From a virus (taxonomy: Duplodnaviria; Caudoviricetes), in IMG/VR virus record IMGVR_UViG_3300030397_000666, positions 1 through 53,089 of that record: DNA of 53,089 bases; one strand, 5' to 3'. A program made the position numbers and the translations under genes. Below are positions 1 to 10,700 of this stretch, in pieces; position 1 is the first letter of the stretch; each line of letters opens with the position of its first letter. The notes under the pieces were generated by a model. It was not told the origin of the DNA, ran no database searches, and saw only the letters and a program-made list of their open reading frames with translations.

Positions 1-17
1 GTTTCCCAGTCACGATC
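1..17 (+). other. Random-amplification (round A/B, SISPA-type) primer tag GTTTCCCAGTCACGATC; library artefact
   Basis: The first 17 nt match this widely used primer tag exactly and sit at the contig edge. Confidence 0.85.
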
Positions 18-19
18 GC

Positions 20-433
20 ATGCAAGTCGACCAAAACACAGAACAGATTCTCAGGCAGGAATTAACCTGTACCAATTCTCACATGGCTAGCATCTACACT
101 CAGCTCGCTGACCTACAAGCAGCCGTCGGAAATAACAACGGACAACTCGTGATTATCTACCGACAAATGGGTGAACTCCAAGGCCATCTAAACCGGCTAC
201 AAGCTTGGGTCAACACAGGACAGATGCCCATTGTTGCCCCGAACCAGTATGGAAATCAACCCCAATCCCCACAGGTTCCACAAGCTCCTGGTAAGTTTAA
301 CCAACCAGTACCTCAAGACAAGGGGATGGCTGGTACCACTAGAGAGACTGAGTCTGCTGACGATGCCCTGAAAAGACTTCAAGAACTTGAGGACCAATCA
401 GAAGGGGAGGAGACTCAGGAAAAACAAAACTAG
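20..433 (+). CDS. Hypothetical Gln-rich/coiled-coil protein, probably 5'-truncated
   Basis: The ORF starts right after the primer tag with no room for an RBS; heptad-like N-terminal half. Confidence 0.55.
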   Translation: MQVDQNTEQILRQELTCTNSHMASIYTQLADLQAAVGNNNGQLVIIYRQMGELQGHLNRLQAWVNTGQMPIVAPNQYGNQPQSPQVPQAPGKFNQPVPQDKGMAGTTRETESADDALKRLQELEDQSEGEETQEKQN

Positions 434-460
434 TGTGCGAAGCACACCCCACGAAGTGGG
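433..460 (+). repeat. Tandem GAA-loop hairpins GTGTGC-GAA-GCACAC + CCCAC-GAA-GTGGG (copy 1 of 3)
   Basis: The same 15-mer occurs at 44775-44789 (-) and 46134-46148 (+). Confidence 0.8.
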
Positions 461-479
461 CTTTCTTTAGAGGTGAAGA

Positions 480-1352
480 ATGATTAAAAACGGCTACATC
501 AAGGTGAGTGTAAACGCTCCAAGCGCACTCTTAGAATTCTCAGACTTCTCCACTGGCTGCTACGTTTGCTACGCCCAGACAGCCTTAAGAGACAAAAATT
601 ATTTCGACTATTTTCTGGACAAGGCGAAGAAGACTGACCACGAAGTCATTCTTAGACAGCACCCGAAACACAAGCTCATGAAGCACGACGTCTTTATCGA
701 GCTAGGACATACGATTGGTGCGAATATGATTGTCCCCCCTATTGCAGAAGACGATCCAGATAGGAGCTTGGAACTCCACTTCGAGTTCATGGAGTTCTGG
801 AACAGGAACAGAGATAGAAATAGAAGTCTGAAGATTCTCTGTTGTCCTCGTGGTGTCTCTATTGGGAAGTGGAGAAAGCAGTTTAAGGAGATGGAGGACA
901 CAGTCATCCACGGCATTGCAATCGATGGCTCAGACGCTACAAAACCAGGGGAGGACCCAGACCTTGTAAGAAGAAAGATTATCCAGTCTCTATCCGCCCC
1001 CGCCCATAAAACCAAGGAATTCTATATCCACCTCCTTGGAACCTTTACCAATCTTGCTGAGTACAATGATCCAGCCTATCGAGATGTTGATAGCATTGAC
1101 TCAGATGCTCCAGTGATGGCTGGTCTATACAGCGAGAGAGCTTGGTCTGGTAAGTTCCCACACCTACTACCCTCCTTCAATTTTAGTAACAATTTTTCTA
1201 AGACAGAAGAGGGCAATATTATCTTCGGGGATTGTGAAGACGACGAGTTCGAACTCTGGAGGCTGGAGTCTGCAGTTTACAACAATATTGCCTGGTTCCT
1301 TCGAGGATGTCATGCAAGGCTAGGAAGGCAGGAGGAAGATGGCCAGATATAA
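480..1352 (+). CDS. TGT/DpdA-like TIM-barrel protein (putative base transglycosylase-like)
   Basis: IHLLG and DSIDSDAP..AG motifs resemble the C-terminal barrel strands of phage TGT-like proteins; RBS GAGGTG. Confidence 0.4.
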   Translation: MIKNGYIKVSVNAPSALLEFSDFSTGCYVCYAQTALRDKNYFDYFLDKAKKTDHEVILRQHPKHKLMKHDVFIELGHTIGANMIVPPIAEDDPDRSLELHFEFMEFWNRNRDRNRSLKILCCPRGVSIGKWRKQFKEMEDTVIHGIAIDGSDATKPGEDPDLVRRKIIQSLSAPAHKTKEFYIHLLGTFTNLAEYNDPAYRDVDSIDSDAPVMAGLYSERAWSGKFPHLLPSFNFSNNFSKTEEGNIIFGDCEDDEFELWRLESAVYNNIAWFLRGCHARLGRQEEDGQI

Positions 1353-2388
1353 AAAAGCCCTCCGACAAAACTATGTCCTTCTAATTGACGGTAAGAACTT
1401 CGTGTGGAGAGCCTGCGCTGTTCAGAAACACATCCCTGTAGTAAACCCAGACAATGCGAAAGACGTCACAGCTATCTACAACGGGGCGAGGATGATTAAG
1501 AATCTTATCGACTGTTGGGAACCTGACGCAATGTTTATCATCTGGGAGGGAGACGTCCCAAGTTCTAAGAGACAGATCCTTCCAGAGTATAAAACCTTTA
1601 GACACATACAGAGAGCTCGTGATGAATACATGCAACAATTTAATGCGAGAGTACAAGCTTCTATCCCAATGTTTAAAGAGCTTTGTGAATACTGTGGTGT
1701 AATAAACGTGGATTTTCCAGACTGCGAAGCTGACGATATTATAGCTGGCCTGATCTACGACAAGGAGTTTCTCCCAGAGTTTAGAAGAATTATCATCAGC
1801 ACAGATAGAGATTTCCTTCACCTGGTTGATGAGTCTTGTCTCTGCCTTCAGAGAAAATATGAGCTCCTCGTCAACAAGGACAATTATGGTACCATGGCAA
1901 AAGAGATCTACAAGATTCCTGACGAGGCTCTGTTTCCTTGGGAAGGACACTTGTTCTATCAATCTATCGTAGGCGACAAGAGTGACGACGTTGCTGGAGC
2001 TCTCAAAGGTATAGGTCCTGTGAAGGCTGCTAGAATTGTTCACGATGTCTGGATGAATATAGGACCGGAGAGGTTAAGAGATTTCGATGAAGTTCGAGGG
2101 GCCTTGTTAAAAATGCCTCTTGACAAAGTGAATTCCTCGATCAAAAATAAAATTAGGGAACTAGGAGAGAACTCCTCTCTGTTAGCTTTCAACTGGATGT
2201 TCTTCGACCCCTACACCTGGATCGAGGACTATGTAGCAGACCTTATAATCAACCACACCTTCGAGCCTGCTATTCCAGACTATGACAAGTTTGCAGAGTT
2301 CTGTCATAGCATCACCCTCACTCCCTACCAGCTTTATCAAAAAGTATTCGAGGGTCAATTGAAAAGGACGAACGAAAGCATTGACTAG
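1339..2388 (+). CDS. 5'-3' exonuclease / flap endonuclease (PolI N-terminal, T5 FEN or T4 RNase H-like)
   Basis: LLIDGKN, EADDIIA, STDRDFLHL and GDKSDDVAG..KGIGPVKA (H3TH) motifs. Confidence 0.9.
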   Translation: MARYKKALRQNYVLLIDGKNFVWRACAVQKHIPVVNPDNAKDVTAIYNGARMIKNLIDCWEPDAMFIIWEGDVPSSKRQILPEYKTFRHIQRARDEYMQQFNARVQASIPMFKELCEYCGVINVDFPDCEADDIIAGLIYDKEFLPEFRRIIISTDRDFLHLVDESCLCLQRKYELLVNKDNYGTMAKEIYKIPDEALFPWEGHLFYQSIVGDKSDDVAGALKGIGPVKAARIVHDVWMNIGPERLRDFDEVRGALLKMPLDKVNSSIKNKIRELGENSSLLAFNWMFFDPYTWIEDYVADLIINHTFEPAIPDYDKFAEFCHSITLTPYQLYQKVFEGQLKRTNESID

Positions 2389-3082
2389 CAAGCACACAGT
2401 TAAGAGCGATGAGTGGGTTAGGACGTTGCTAAAAGACCCCACCGAAGATAACATAGTCAGCCTTATGGACGAGGTGATAAAACCTTTTCTTATCGACATC
2501 CTGGACGAAATGAATGAGTTGGACAAGCTCGAAGACTTCGTCCAGGATGCCTACTGTGTGTTGAGAAAAAAGATTCTTCCAAACATCGACAAGGATGGTC
2601 CCGTCAAGTCCTACATATACACAGTGGTGAAGAACATGTCTATCTCTGCATTGGAGAGAGTTAGCAGAAGACCTCACGTTCCCTCAGACGAACTTCCCCC
2701 TCTAAGCCCTTCTCAAGACGATAGGTCGAAGGAGGTTAAGGAACACATAAAAACATTTGTGTTGCATAGATCTCCTAGAGAGTACGCGGAAATGGTGGAG
2801 TTTATCATTGACGACTTGGAGGAACTCGCCGTGTCAAAAATGGCTAAAGCGAACAAAATTATTGAGGAGTTTTCTGTAGAGAAGCAGGTAGCCAGAGCTA
2901 CCATAGACCTAACTATCATGCTAGCTCGAGCTGCTTGTCTGGAGTTCGCAGAACCTCATCTCGACAGGGAGATCCTCCCAGGCTACCAGAACCCCTACCT
3001 AGTTGTTCTCGAAATAAGATACGGCGATAGCTTAGCCTGGGACATCGCCCAGATTCTGAAGGGAATGACTGTGAAATTTTAG
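2381..3082 (+). CDS. Phage sigma-70/ECF-like factor (region 2 recognisable)
   Basis: EDFVQDAY....K.......G.VKSYIYTVVKN resembles ECF sigma region 2; lies just upstream of the packaging genes. Confidence 0.55.
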   Translation: MTSKHTVKSDEWVRTLLKDPTEDNIVSLMDEVIKPFLIDILDEMNELDKLEDFVQDAYCVLRKKILPNIDKDGPVKSYIYTVVKNMSISALERVSRRPHVPSDELPPLSPSQDDRSKEVKEHIKTFVLHRSPREYAEMVEFIIDDLEELAVSKMAKANKIIEEFSVEKQVARATIDLTIMLARAACLEFAEPHLDREILPGYQNPYLVVLEIRYGDSLAWDIAQILKGMTVKF

Positions 3083-3091
3083 GAGATTTTT

Positions 3092-3292
3092 ATGGGTACC
3101 ATGCAAGGAATAAACAAGATACCTTTTCTTCTGGGAATGAAGCAAACCTCCCTCCCTGAGAGTAAGGGTATCGAGAAGACTGAGAAGAGCAAGCACTGGG
3201 GAAGTAAGAAGAAAACTAACGTACCCCAAAAGAAAAAGAAACAGAGTAGAACGAACAAAAAGAAAAAGAAGAAGACGAAGAAAAGAGGCTAG
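3092..3292 (+). CDS. Small, very Lys-rich protein (possible nucleic-acid binder)
   Basis: RBS AGGAG; poly-Lys C-terminus. Confidence 0.5.
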   Translation: MGTMQGINKIPFLLGMKQTSLPESKGIEKTEKSKHWGSKKKTNVPQKKKKQSRTNKKKKKKTKKRG

Positions 3293-3294
3293 TC

Positions 3295-4074
3295 GTGAGC
3301 CAGGAATCCGAACGAAAAAGGAAGATCAGGGAACTCCTGGCAAGACAGGACAAGCGTAGAAAATCTGATCTGAAAGAGAAGATCGATAAGCTCAAGCAAG
3401 AGGGGGGCGACCCCCTTGACGCGAAGAGACTGCCGCGAGAAAAGGTTATCGACTCGAAGAACCTGCTGGCTCCTCAAGATAGGAACAGGAATGAGAGAGT
3501 CGAGATACCCAACATCCATAACCTTACTACACGGCCCGGTATTCCCAAGAAATGCGCAGCCCTAACCAATCTAGGAAAGCCCTGCAAGATGGCTGCTAAG
3601 AATGGGAAGTATTGCACCTTTCATACACGAGGTAGTGGCGCTAAGGTAGAGCGCGCAGACTCCATGGTCTACGCTCAATACATTCCTTCCATGAAGGAGA
3701 CAATGGAGGACCTCTCTAAAATCCACGAAAATATGTGGAGTGAGATCACTCTTCTCAGGGCTATCCTTGCAACTGCCTTGGTAAGATTCGAGGAGGGTGC
3801 AGACGTACTAGACGATGTACTCAGGATCATAGACCTTCTTAGAAAAACTATCGACCTCCAGTCTCGATTTCTTCCCAACAAAAGACCTGTCGATGAGCAG
3901 AGCCTAACCCTCACCGTACAAAAGTTTGTGAATGTTCTCATCGCAGAAGAAGTCGACCCCAATGTTCTCGAGAATGTAGTCATCAGACTAGACACAGAAC
4001 TCGCAGAGATACAACAAAAAGAGGAGGTCCGAGCCCTTGAGTTACAACGAGGATCTAAGCACTACTCTTCTTGA
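3295..4074 (+). CDS. Putative terminase small subunit with C3H zinc finger
   Basis: CAA....GKPC......KYCTFH (HGGxSTG-type finger), helical C-terminus, directly upstream of TerL. Confidence 0.55.
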   Translation: MSQESERKRKIRELLARQDKRRKSDLKEKIDKLKQEGGDPLDAKRLPREKVIDSKNLLAPQDRNRNERVEIPNIHNLTTRPGIPKKCAALTNLGKPCKMAAKNGKYCTFHTRGSGAKVERADSMVYAQYIPSMKETMEDLSKIHENMWSEITLLRAILATALVRFEEGADVLDDVLRIIDLLRKTIDLQSRFLPNKRPVDEQSLTLTVQKFVNVLIAEEVDPNVLENVVIRLDTELAEIQQKEEVRALELQRGSKHYSS

Positions 4075-5710
4075 GGGTATCAGCTCTCAACTATCCGCAC
4101 ACCTTGCCGCAACCTCTCCCAGTCGGTGGGCTGAAAACTACCGAGTAATGACCACGAAGGAGGAGGACAGGGAAGTCTACGGCCCTACTAGAAACTGGTC
4201 GTTTAAAGGAAGAGAATATCTCAGAGAGATCCACGACTGTAAGGCAAACAAGATAATCCTTCCCAAGGGTGCTCAGATTGGGGACACCGAGTCGATGATC
4301 AATCGATTATTCTTTTCGGTCGACATCAAGAAAAGAGATGTCCTCTACGTTCTCCCTACAGCAGAGGACGCCTACGATTTCTCTAACGGTAGGCTAAACG
4401 CTGCGATAGAATTATCCTCCAGGCTTCGAGAGATATTCACCGATGTAAACAACGTGAAGCACAAGAAAGCTGGTCACGTAAACTTCTATTGTCGGGGAGC
4501 TCGAGGAAAGTCACAATTAAAATCGGTACCAGTTCAAGACTTGTACCTGGATGAGTACGACGAAATTAGTCCTATCATGGTGAAGCTTGCGGAGGAAAGG
4601 CTTACAGGATCCGACGACGAGCCCACCGAAATAATTGCTTCGACGCCCTCCGTTCCAGATGCTGGTGTGTGGACAGAGTGGACCACGTCAAGACAACATC
4701 ACTACTTTATCACCTGTCCCAACTGCAGCAAGGAACAGACCCTAGAGTGGCCTGACAACATCGTCTGGGAAGGAGACAAGACAACTCTCAACGCCTGGAT
4801 ATGTTGCTCTTCCTGCAAGTTCAAGATAGAACACGAGGATAAGCACAAGCTGATTGACGCAGGGAGATGGAGGTGTACCGCAAACGAGCACGCTGACCAC
4901 TATGGATTCCATGTGTCTCAGCTCTACTCGTGTACGAAAGGATCTCACCCTCGAGAAATCGTCCGTGTCTATCTTGATGAGAGAGAAGAGTTCAAGATCA
5001 TTTTCCAGAACTCCAAGCTAGGAAAACCCTACATCCCAGAAGGCGCCAAGATTACACCCGACATGGTGAAAGCTTTAACAACTACTCGGCCTGTATTCCA
5101 AGCAGCTCAGGGGGCTTGCATGGGTATAGACGTTGCAGTCGCTGGAGGGATGCACTACATAGACATCTCCGAAGTAACTGCTGACGGCGTTAAGGTTGCT
5201 CTCAATATTTTCCAAGCTCCTTGGGAAGACATCCCAAAAATAATCGAAAAATATAGAGTGAGATGCTGTGTTATCGATGCTCAGCCAGAAAGGACAAACG
5301 CGAGGTCGTTGGCCAGGATGTTTCCCGGCCGCGTCTATGTAGCCTTCTACCCTGAGGGATTAAAGGATCTCTACGTTGCGAATGAGGCGAAACAAACTGT
5401 CCTGATAGACAGATCAGAAGTTGCCGACATGCTGCATACAAGGATTAGAACAGGAGCTCTTTCCCTGCCTCTCTTCCCAAAGCTTGAGGAGTATGCTAAG
5501 CACTGCAGCAACATTGTGAAAACCTACAAGCCAGATAGGTGGGGCCTTCCTGTCGCTCGGTATGTGAACACAGGCCCAGACCATTTCGCTCACTCTTCAA
5601 TGTACTGCGAGATAGCTCTAGCTATGGCACCAACACCACTATGGACGCCCACGATTAACAACCCTCCTGAGGGTGCCGTTAATAATCCAGGACCATTATT
5701 TCAAGTTTAG
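4037..5710 (+). CDS. terL: Terminase large subunit, lambda GpA-type
   Basis: KGAQIGDTE Walker A variant, LYLDEYDE Walker B, STP motif, CPNC/CSSC zinc ribbon, nuclease GIDV and DHFAH. Confidence 0.92.
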   Translation: MSYNEDLSTTLLEGISSQLSAHLAATSPSRWAENYRVMTTKEEDREVYGPTRNWSFKGREYLREIHDCKANKIILPKGAQIGDTESMINRLFFSVDIKKRDVLYVLPTAEDAYDFSNGRLNAAIELSSRLREIFTDVNNVKHKKAGHVNFYCRGARGKSQLKSVPVQDLYLDEYDEISPIMVKLAEERLTGSDDEPTEIIASTPSVPDAGVWTEWTTSRQHHYFITCPNCSKEQTLEWPDNIVWEGDKTTLNAWICCSSCKFKIEHEDKHKLIDAGRWRCTANEHADHYGFHVSQLYSCTKGSHPREIVRVYLDEREEFKIIFQNSKLGKPYIPEGAKITPDMVKALTTTRPVFQAAQGACMGIDVAVAGGMHYIDISEVTADGVKVALNIFQAPWEDIPKIIEKYRVRCCVIDAQPERTNARSLARMFPGRVYVAFYPEGLKDLYVANEAKQTVLIDRSEVADMLHTRIRTGALSLPLFPKLEEYAKHCSNIVKTYKPDRWGLPVARYVNTGPDHFAHSSMYCEIALAMAPTPLWTPTINNPPEGAVNNPGPLFQV

Positions 5711-5718
5711 AGGTAAGC

Positions 5719-6060
5719 ATGGACGAACCTATAAGTTTTCAAGCGATAGAGCTGTCTGAAGAGGCAGCGAACAAAATTACAGAGATCAAGGAGAATAGTA
5801 ATATCGACAAGGACTTTTCTGTGAGAGTCCGAATTATCGAGGGAGGACTTGCAGGCTTCCAGTATAATCTATCCCTCATTTCTCAGGACGAAATAGACCA
5901 TGACAAATGCTTTCTTTTTTCCTCGAGGGGACATCAGATAGTCGTAGAAAAAAAGGATAAAGTTAAGCTTTGTGGTACGCTACTACACTGGGATGATTCA
6001 ACTACCGATCGAAGATCCTGGATCTATCAAAACCCCAATATCCGAGAGGCTGAGCTATGA
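5719..6060 (+). CDS. HesB/IscA/ErpA (A-type Fe-S carrier) fold lacking the conserved cysteines
   Basis: IELSEEAA.KI, VRVRI.EGGLAGFQY.L, L.GT.L.W, QNPN; GGCxG has become GGLAG and the terminal CGCG is absent. Confidence 0.75.
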   Translation: MDEPISFQAIELSEEAANKITEIKENSNIDKDFSVRVRIIEGGLAGFQYNLSLISQDEIDHDKCFLFSSRGHQIVVEKKDKVKLCGTLLHWDDSTTDRRSWIYQNPNIREAEL

Positions 6061-7721
6061 TGAATTTAAGAGACGTATGGTCTGCCGTTTTCTCCTCAAA
6101 GCAGGATAGAGCAGCAGCAAGACTGGAAGAGAAGCAACTAGACTTTGCTGCTGCACAGTTCGAGCAGATGCAGAAACGCCAACGTGTGGAACAAATGGAG
6201 GAAGACTTCTTCCACCCACACGCTAACGCTTTCCACCTTAGGGATAGAGACGAAGAGGACTGGATACCTATCGACGCAGATAGCTTCGATAGGATGCCCA
6301 CTGAAGAGACTCTTAGACTCTACAGAAATATTTCTCGGGATCTATTCCGATTCAACCCCCATGCAAAAAATATCATTCGCAACTTCGTGAAGTTTATCAA
6401 CGGGCGAAATATGTCTGTTCAAGCAACTATCATAAGGATTCCAGAGGGTGTTCAGATAAACGAGCAAGCACCTCCAGGAGTTCCAGAGAATAGAAGAACT
6501 GTGGGAAGAACAAGACATCAGACCTCAGCTCCAGATACAGGGGCAACCCCCGAGGAAAAGCTCTTGATAGACCAGTGCAATTTCTACTGGGGTGTCTTCG
6601 TCAAGATAAACAAATTCCATAGGAAATGGAAAGAGGTGGTGAAGAGATTCTTTAGGGATGGAGAGACCTTTATCAGGTTCTTTGAGGAACCTGACTTGGG
6701 GACACTGATAATCAGATTCATTGACCCAAATGACGTGGTGGATAAGGGTCATACAAACAGAAATAAATTCTCCTTCGGAATTGAAACAGACGAGGATGAC
6801 GTGGAAGATGTGAAGGCGTACTGGGTAGACAACGGTACTCCTGAATCGGAAAGGGTACCAGCTGAAGAAGTCCAGCACATCAAGAACTCAGATTCTGACG
6901 TGAAGAGAGGTGAACCTATCCTCGTTGTAAACCAGCGACGGCTCAGACAGTACGACACCTGGATCCAGGATCGCATGGCTCTCAATAAAGTTCGAGCTTC
7001 CATCGCACTCCTAAGACAACACAACGCAGGCGCTACAGCTGTGGGCTCTTTTGTCCAAGCTCAGAAGACTAGAACGGATCAGTATCGAGGACGGTATGGA
7101 GAGATCGAGGACGTAGATAGAAAAAGAGTACACCCTGGAAGTACAATAGACGCGCCTAAGGGAACTGAGTATAAGTTTCTTAGCCCAAATATAAACGCCC
7201 CCGACGTGAAGGACGATGGAAGAAACTTGATGTTGTCTATCGCAGCAGGCGTCGGACAGCCTGAGTATATGGTAACTTCCGACGCCTCGAACGCGAACTA
7301 CTCTTCAACAATGATAGCTGAGAGTCCCGCAGTAAGAGAGTTCGAGGACTGGCAAGACGTCTTTGTAGAAGAGCTAGAAGCTATCTGGTTTCGACTTAGG
7401 GACTACCTTATCTCAATTGACCTACTCCCAGACGAAGCCAAAACTGTGGGCTGTACCGTTCAACCTTCCAAGATGATTGCCCGCGATAGACTGAAAGACA
7501 CTCAATCGAATGAGATGCTTCTTCTCAACAGAGTTATCAGCCCTCAAAACTGGGCGGCTCGCGAAGGTGTTTCCTATGAACAAATGATGGACGAATGGAG
7601 ACTACACGATGAAACTTTTGGAGCAGGACTTGACGGGCATCCTCCAACAGGTGATGAAGGCGGAGGAGGATCTGGAGGACCAGATCCTGACCCTGACGAT
7701 CAAGCTGGTTCTGGGGAGTGA
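6057..7721 (+). CDS. Portal protein
   Basis: Follows TerL, 554 aa, RDGETFIR and SDASNANYSS motifs typical of portals. Confidence 0.85.
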   Translation: MMNLRDVWSAVFSSKQDRAAARLEEKQLDFAAAQFEQMQKRQRVEQMEEDFFHPHANAFHLRDRDEEDWIPIDADSFDRMPTEETLRLYRNISRDLFRFNPHAKNIIRNFVKFINGRNMSVQATIIRIPEGVQINEQAPPGVPENRRTVGRTRHQTSAPDTGATPEEKLLIDQCNFYWGVFVKINKFHRKWKEVVKRFFRDGETFIRFFEEPDLGTLIIRFIDPNDVVDKGHTNRNKFSFGIETDEDDVEDVKAYWVDNGTPESERVPAEEVQHIKNSDSDVKRGEPILVVNQRRLRQYDTWIQDRMALNKVRASIALLRQHNAGATAVGSFVQAQKTRTDQYRGRYGEIEDVDRKRVHPGSTIDAPKGTEYKFLSPNINAPDVKDDGRNLMLSIAAGVGQPEYMVTSDASNANYSSTMIAESPAVREFEDWQDVFVEELEAIWFRLRDYLISIDLLPDEAKTVGCTVQPSKMIARDRLKDTQSNEMLLLNRVISPQNWAAREGVSYEQMMDEWRLHDETFGAGLDGHPPTGDEGGGGSGGPDPDPDDQAGSGE

Positions 7722-10700
7722 CTCTATTCTTGCGGATACGCAAGCGCACTTAGAAGCCCCTTCAACACTCATCATAAAAGACCTCGACAAGAAAGAGCCT
7801 GGGGAGGTGAAGACCGTACCAGGCTCTATTCCTAGGGCTTCTGTGCGTACAATGGGGAAGAGCTTTCTCAAGTGGAATAGGCTCGTGTTAAACGCAGTGA
7901 ATGACACAGTTCCTCAACTCCTTCCACAGATTGTACCTAAGAATAATCTCCTCGAGCAAGATGAAAAAGAAATATTCAAAAAGCTCAGCAAGTCCGAAGT
8001 GGAAAAGCTTGCTGAGCTAGGAGCGACCAGGTCAGCGAACCTCCTAAAGACTCAGATGGATGGACAGACAAAGAGAGCTAACGACATCCTCAAGAGAGGA
8101 ATTGAACAAGGCACTAACTCGAAGACGATTCAAAACAGAATTAGAAGGGCGACTGGATCAACCGAAGGACAGGCTGCAAGATTCGCTAGGACCTCGACAA
8201 TGTCTATGATGAACGCAGGTCTTGATCAAGTTTACAAGGACAATTCAGACGTGGTGGCGGGCGTTAAGCACGTGTCAGTTTTAGACTCCAGAACCTGTGT
8301 CATATGTGGCTCTCTCGATGGAAATGTCTACTACAAAAAGACCTCTGAGAAAGGACAGGTTGCAGACACAGGAGAACTAGACTTTCACGATAGGCCAGCC
8401 CTTCCAGTCCATGCCTCTTGCAGGTGTATCTACATTCCTATATCTCAATTCTGGAATAGAGCAAGTGAGATATTAGGAATCGACATCGCGCCCTCTGGTG
8501 TTCGAGCTGCTATCACCCCAAGACCTGTAGTCAACTGGGACGACTGGCTCACAGCGAAGAACAAAACCGACCCCCAAATTGTAAAGAACATCCTCGGCTT
8601 AAAGCGATATGCTCTGTGGTCTGAGGGAGTACCTCCAGAAAAGTTTGTCTCCAGAAAGTTAGAGGTCAAGCCTGTCGACCAGCTCACTAAAGAGCTTGAG
8701 AAGGAAGGCTTCATCACTGGAGCAACGGCTAAGGCTGTGTCTGACGCGAAGCCGAAGGAGATACCTCGCCTTATTGTTGCACCAAGCGTGCTCACAGATA
8801 CACAGAGAAGACTCGTCAGAGACGAGTTGGAAGCCATCGATTTTGACGACAGAGATGTCGCTGCGTTTAGTGGCTACCTTGAAAAGAACAAGCTGAGCGC
8901 CAACGCTGGAGACCGAATTAAAAGCTACAAGGAACTAGCTTCAGAGGCTAAAAAGTTTGAGGCTAAACTTCTAAAAGCGAAGCCAGAAGACAGAGCCAAG
9001 ATCGCGAAGGAGAGACCGCCCGTTATCTCTAAGGAGCAGATGGTCAGCTTTAGAAATTTTATGAAGTCTCTCGGGTTAAAGATGGAGAACAGCGACGAGA
9101 TTGAGCGGCTCGCTTTCCAACCCATAAAAGATCAGAGCTACAGGAATACACTTAAGAAACTGGATAAGGTCAATAAGGTTAGCCTTCCAAAAGACTTGCT
9201 GAAGAAGAGGGAAAGTCTTCTCAAGAATGTACCCCCTCAAGGTACTGCTCGCCGTGGTATATGGGCGCTCGAGGTAAAGCTTCTCAACGAAGAGATAGCT
9301 GACTGGAACGTCGGTAGACTTAAGCAGAGAAGAGAATTCATTTCTCAGCTCAAGCAAGCAGCCCAGATCCCCCTACTCAAGAACCATGGCCACATGGTAG
9401 AGACTGGAGCCTCCTTAAATTCTCTATCTAAAGCTGAGAGGAATGCACTCAAACTGACGACCAAGTCAATCACATTTTCCAAGTTAGGAAACCTTAGCAA
9501 CCCAGGAACTACCTTTAAGATTCCCCTAAACTTCCAGCCCCAAGAAATGGGAAGAGTTGTGAGAGATGGAGTGTCCAGAAGAATGCTAGAGGTTCTCACC
9601 AGTGACAAGCAACTTGCCACAGGCAAGCAAGCTTTCCTTTCTCCAAAAGCAAAAGGACAAGTGAGGGAACTATTCGCTAGCGCGGGCTGGCGGCTACCAA
9701 AAGATTTCAATTTCGAGACCTTGTCTAAGAATAGATTTCTAGCCAAGCAACCAGGCTACACAAGTTTCTCAAACAAGACACCTCTTGGTTTCTTCTCAGA
9801 GCTCAATCAACAATTTCACACGCTCCCCAGGCAAGCTCTTCTAAAGAGGTATCCAGCTGATGTACTTAAAAACTTCGAGAACGTGATGGGAATTCTCAGC
9901 ACCGCAAACACCAATCTGAAAAGGGTATCCCTCTCCACTCTAGCTGACGTCCAGAGAGATGTCACCAGAAGAGTTGTAGGCCTACCCGCTGCAGGACTAG
10001 ACGCAGCTGCGGCAGCTAGAGAAAGAGAGAAGCGTGAAAAGAAAGCAGCGAAACAGAGGGCGAAGGAAGAACAACAAAAGAAAATAATCGATGCTTCCAA
10101 GAAGCTAGCAGACGCCAAGTCCTTAGAGTCTCTGGAGAGTTTGGTAGCTTTCGTCGACGACATTCCTCTGATAGCTGACCAAAAGTCTGAGCCCTTAGAG
10201 CTAAAGAAACTCAAGAAAGAGCTCCAAGCTCAAGTCAAGAAAGCTCTTCCTAAGACAGTGGCCACCAATAAGGAGGAAGCACTTAAGCTCATGACCGAGT
10301 TTCAAAAGAAAGCCACTGAGTTAGAGCTTGATAGAATAAGAACCTACGTAGACTTCAAGACGAACAAGAATCTCTCTGGCTTCAGAGATATGAATGAGTT
10401 TCTTTTAAATCCAGAACGCTACATCCGGTTTAATGTCTTCGACGACGACCCCAAGAAGATAAGGGATCTTAGAGACAAATTATCTAAGGACATTAGAGAG
10501 TTGAGTAAGGTCCTCGACAAGGCCCCCAAGTTTAGAGGGGACGTACTGCGAGGGATGAGGATCCACGCTGATAATATTGAGGACTTTATATCTCAATTTA
10601 GAGGCAACGAGTTTGTCAGAATGAAGTCCTTTACTTCCACCACATTGAGCAAGAGGACAGCAGATTTCTTCGGAGAAACTAGTGGAGAATTTAAGGAGAT

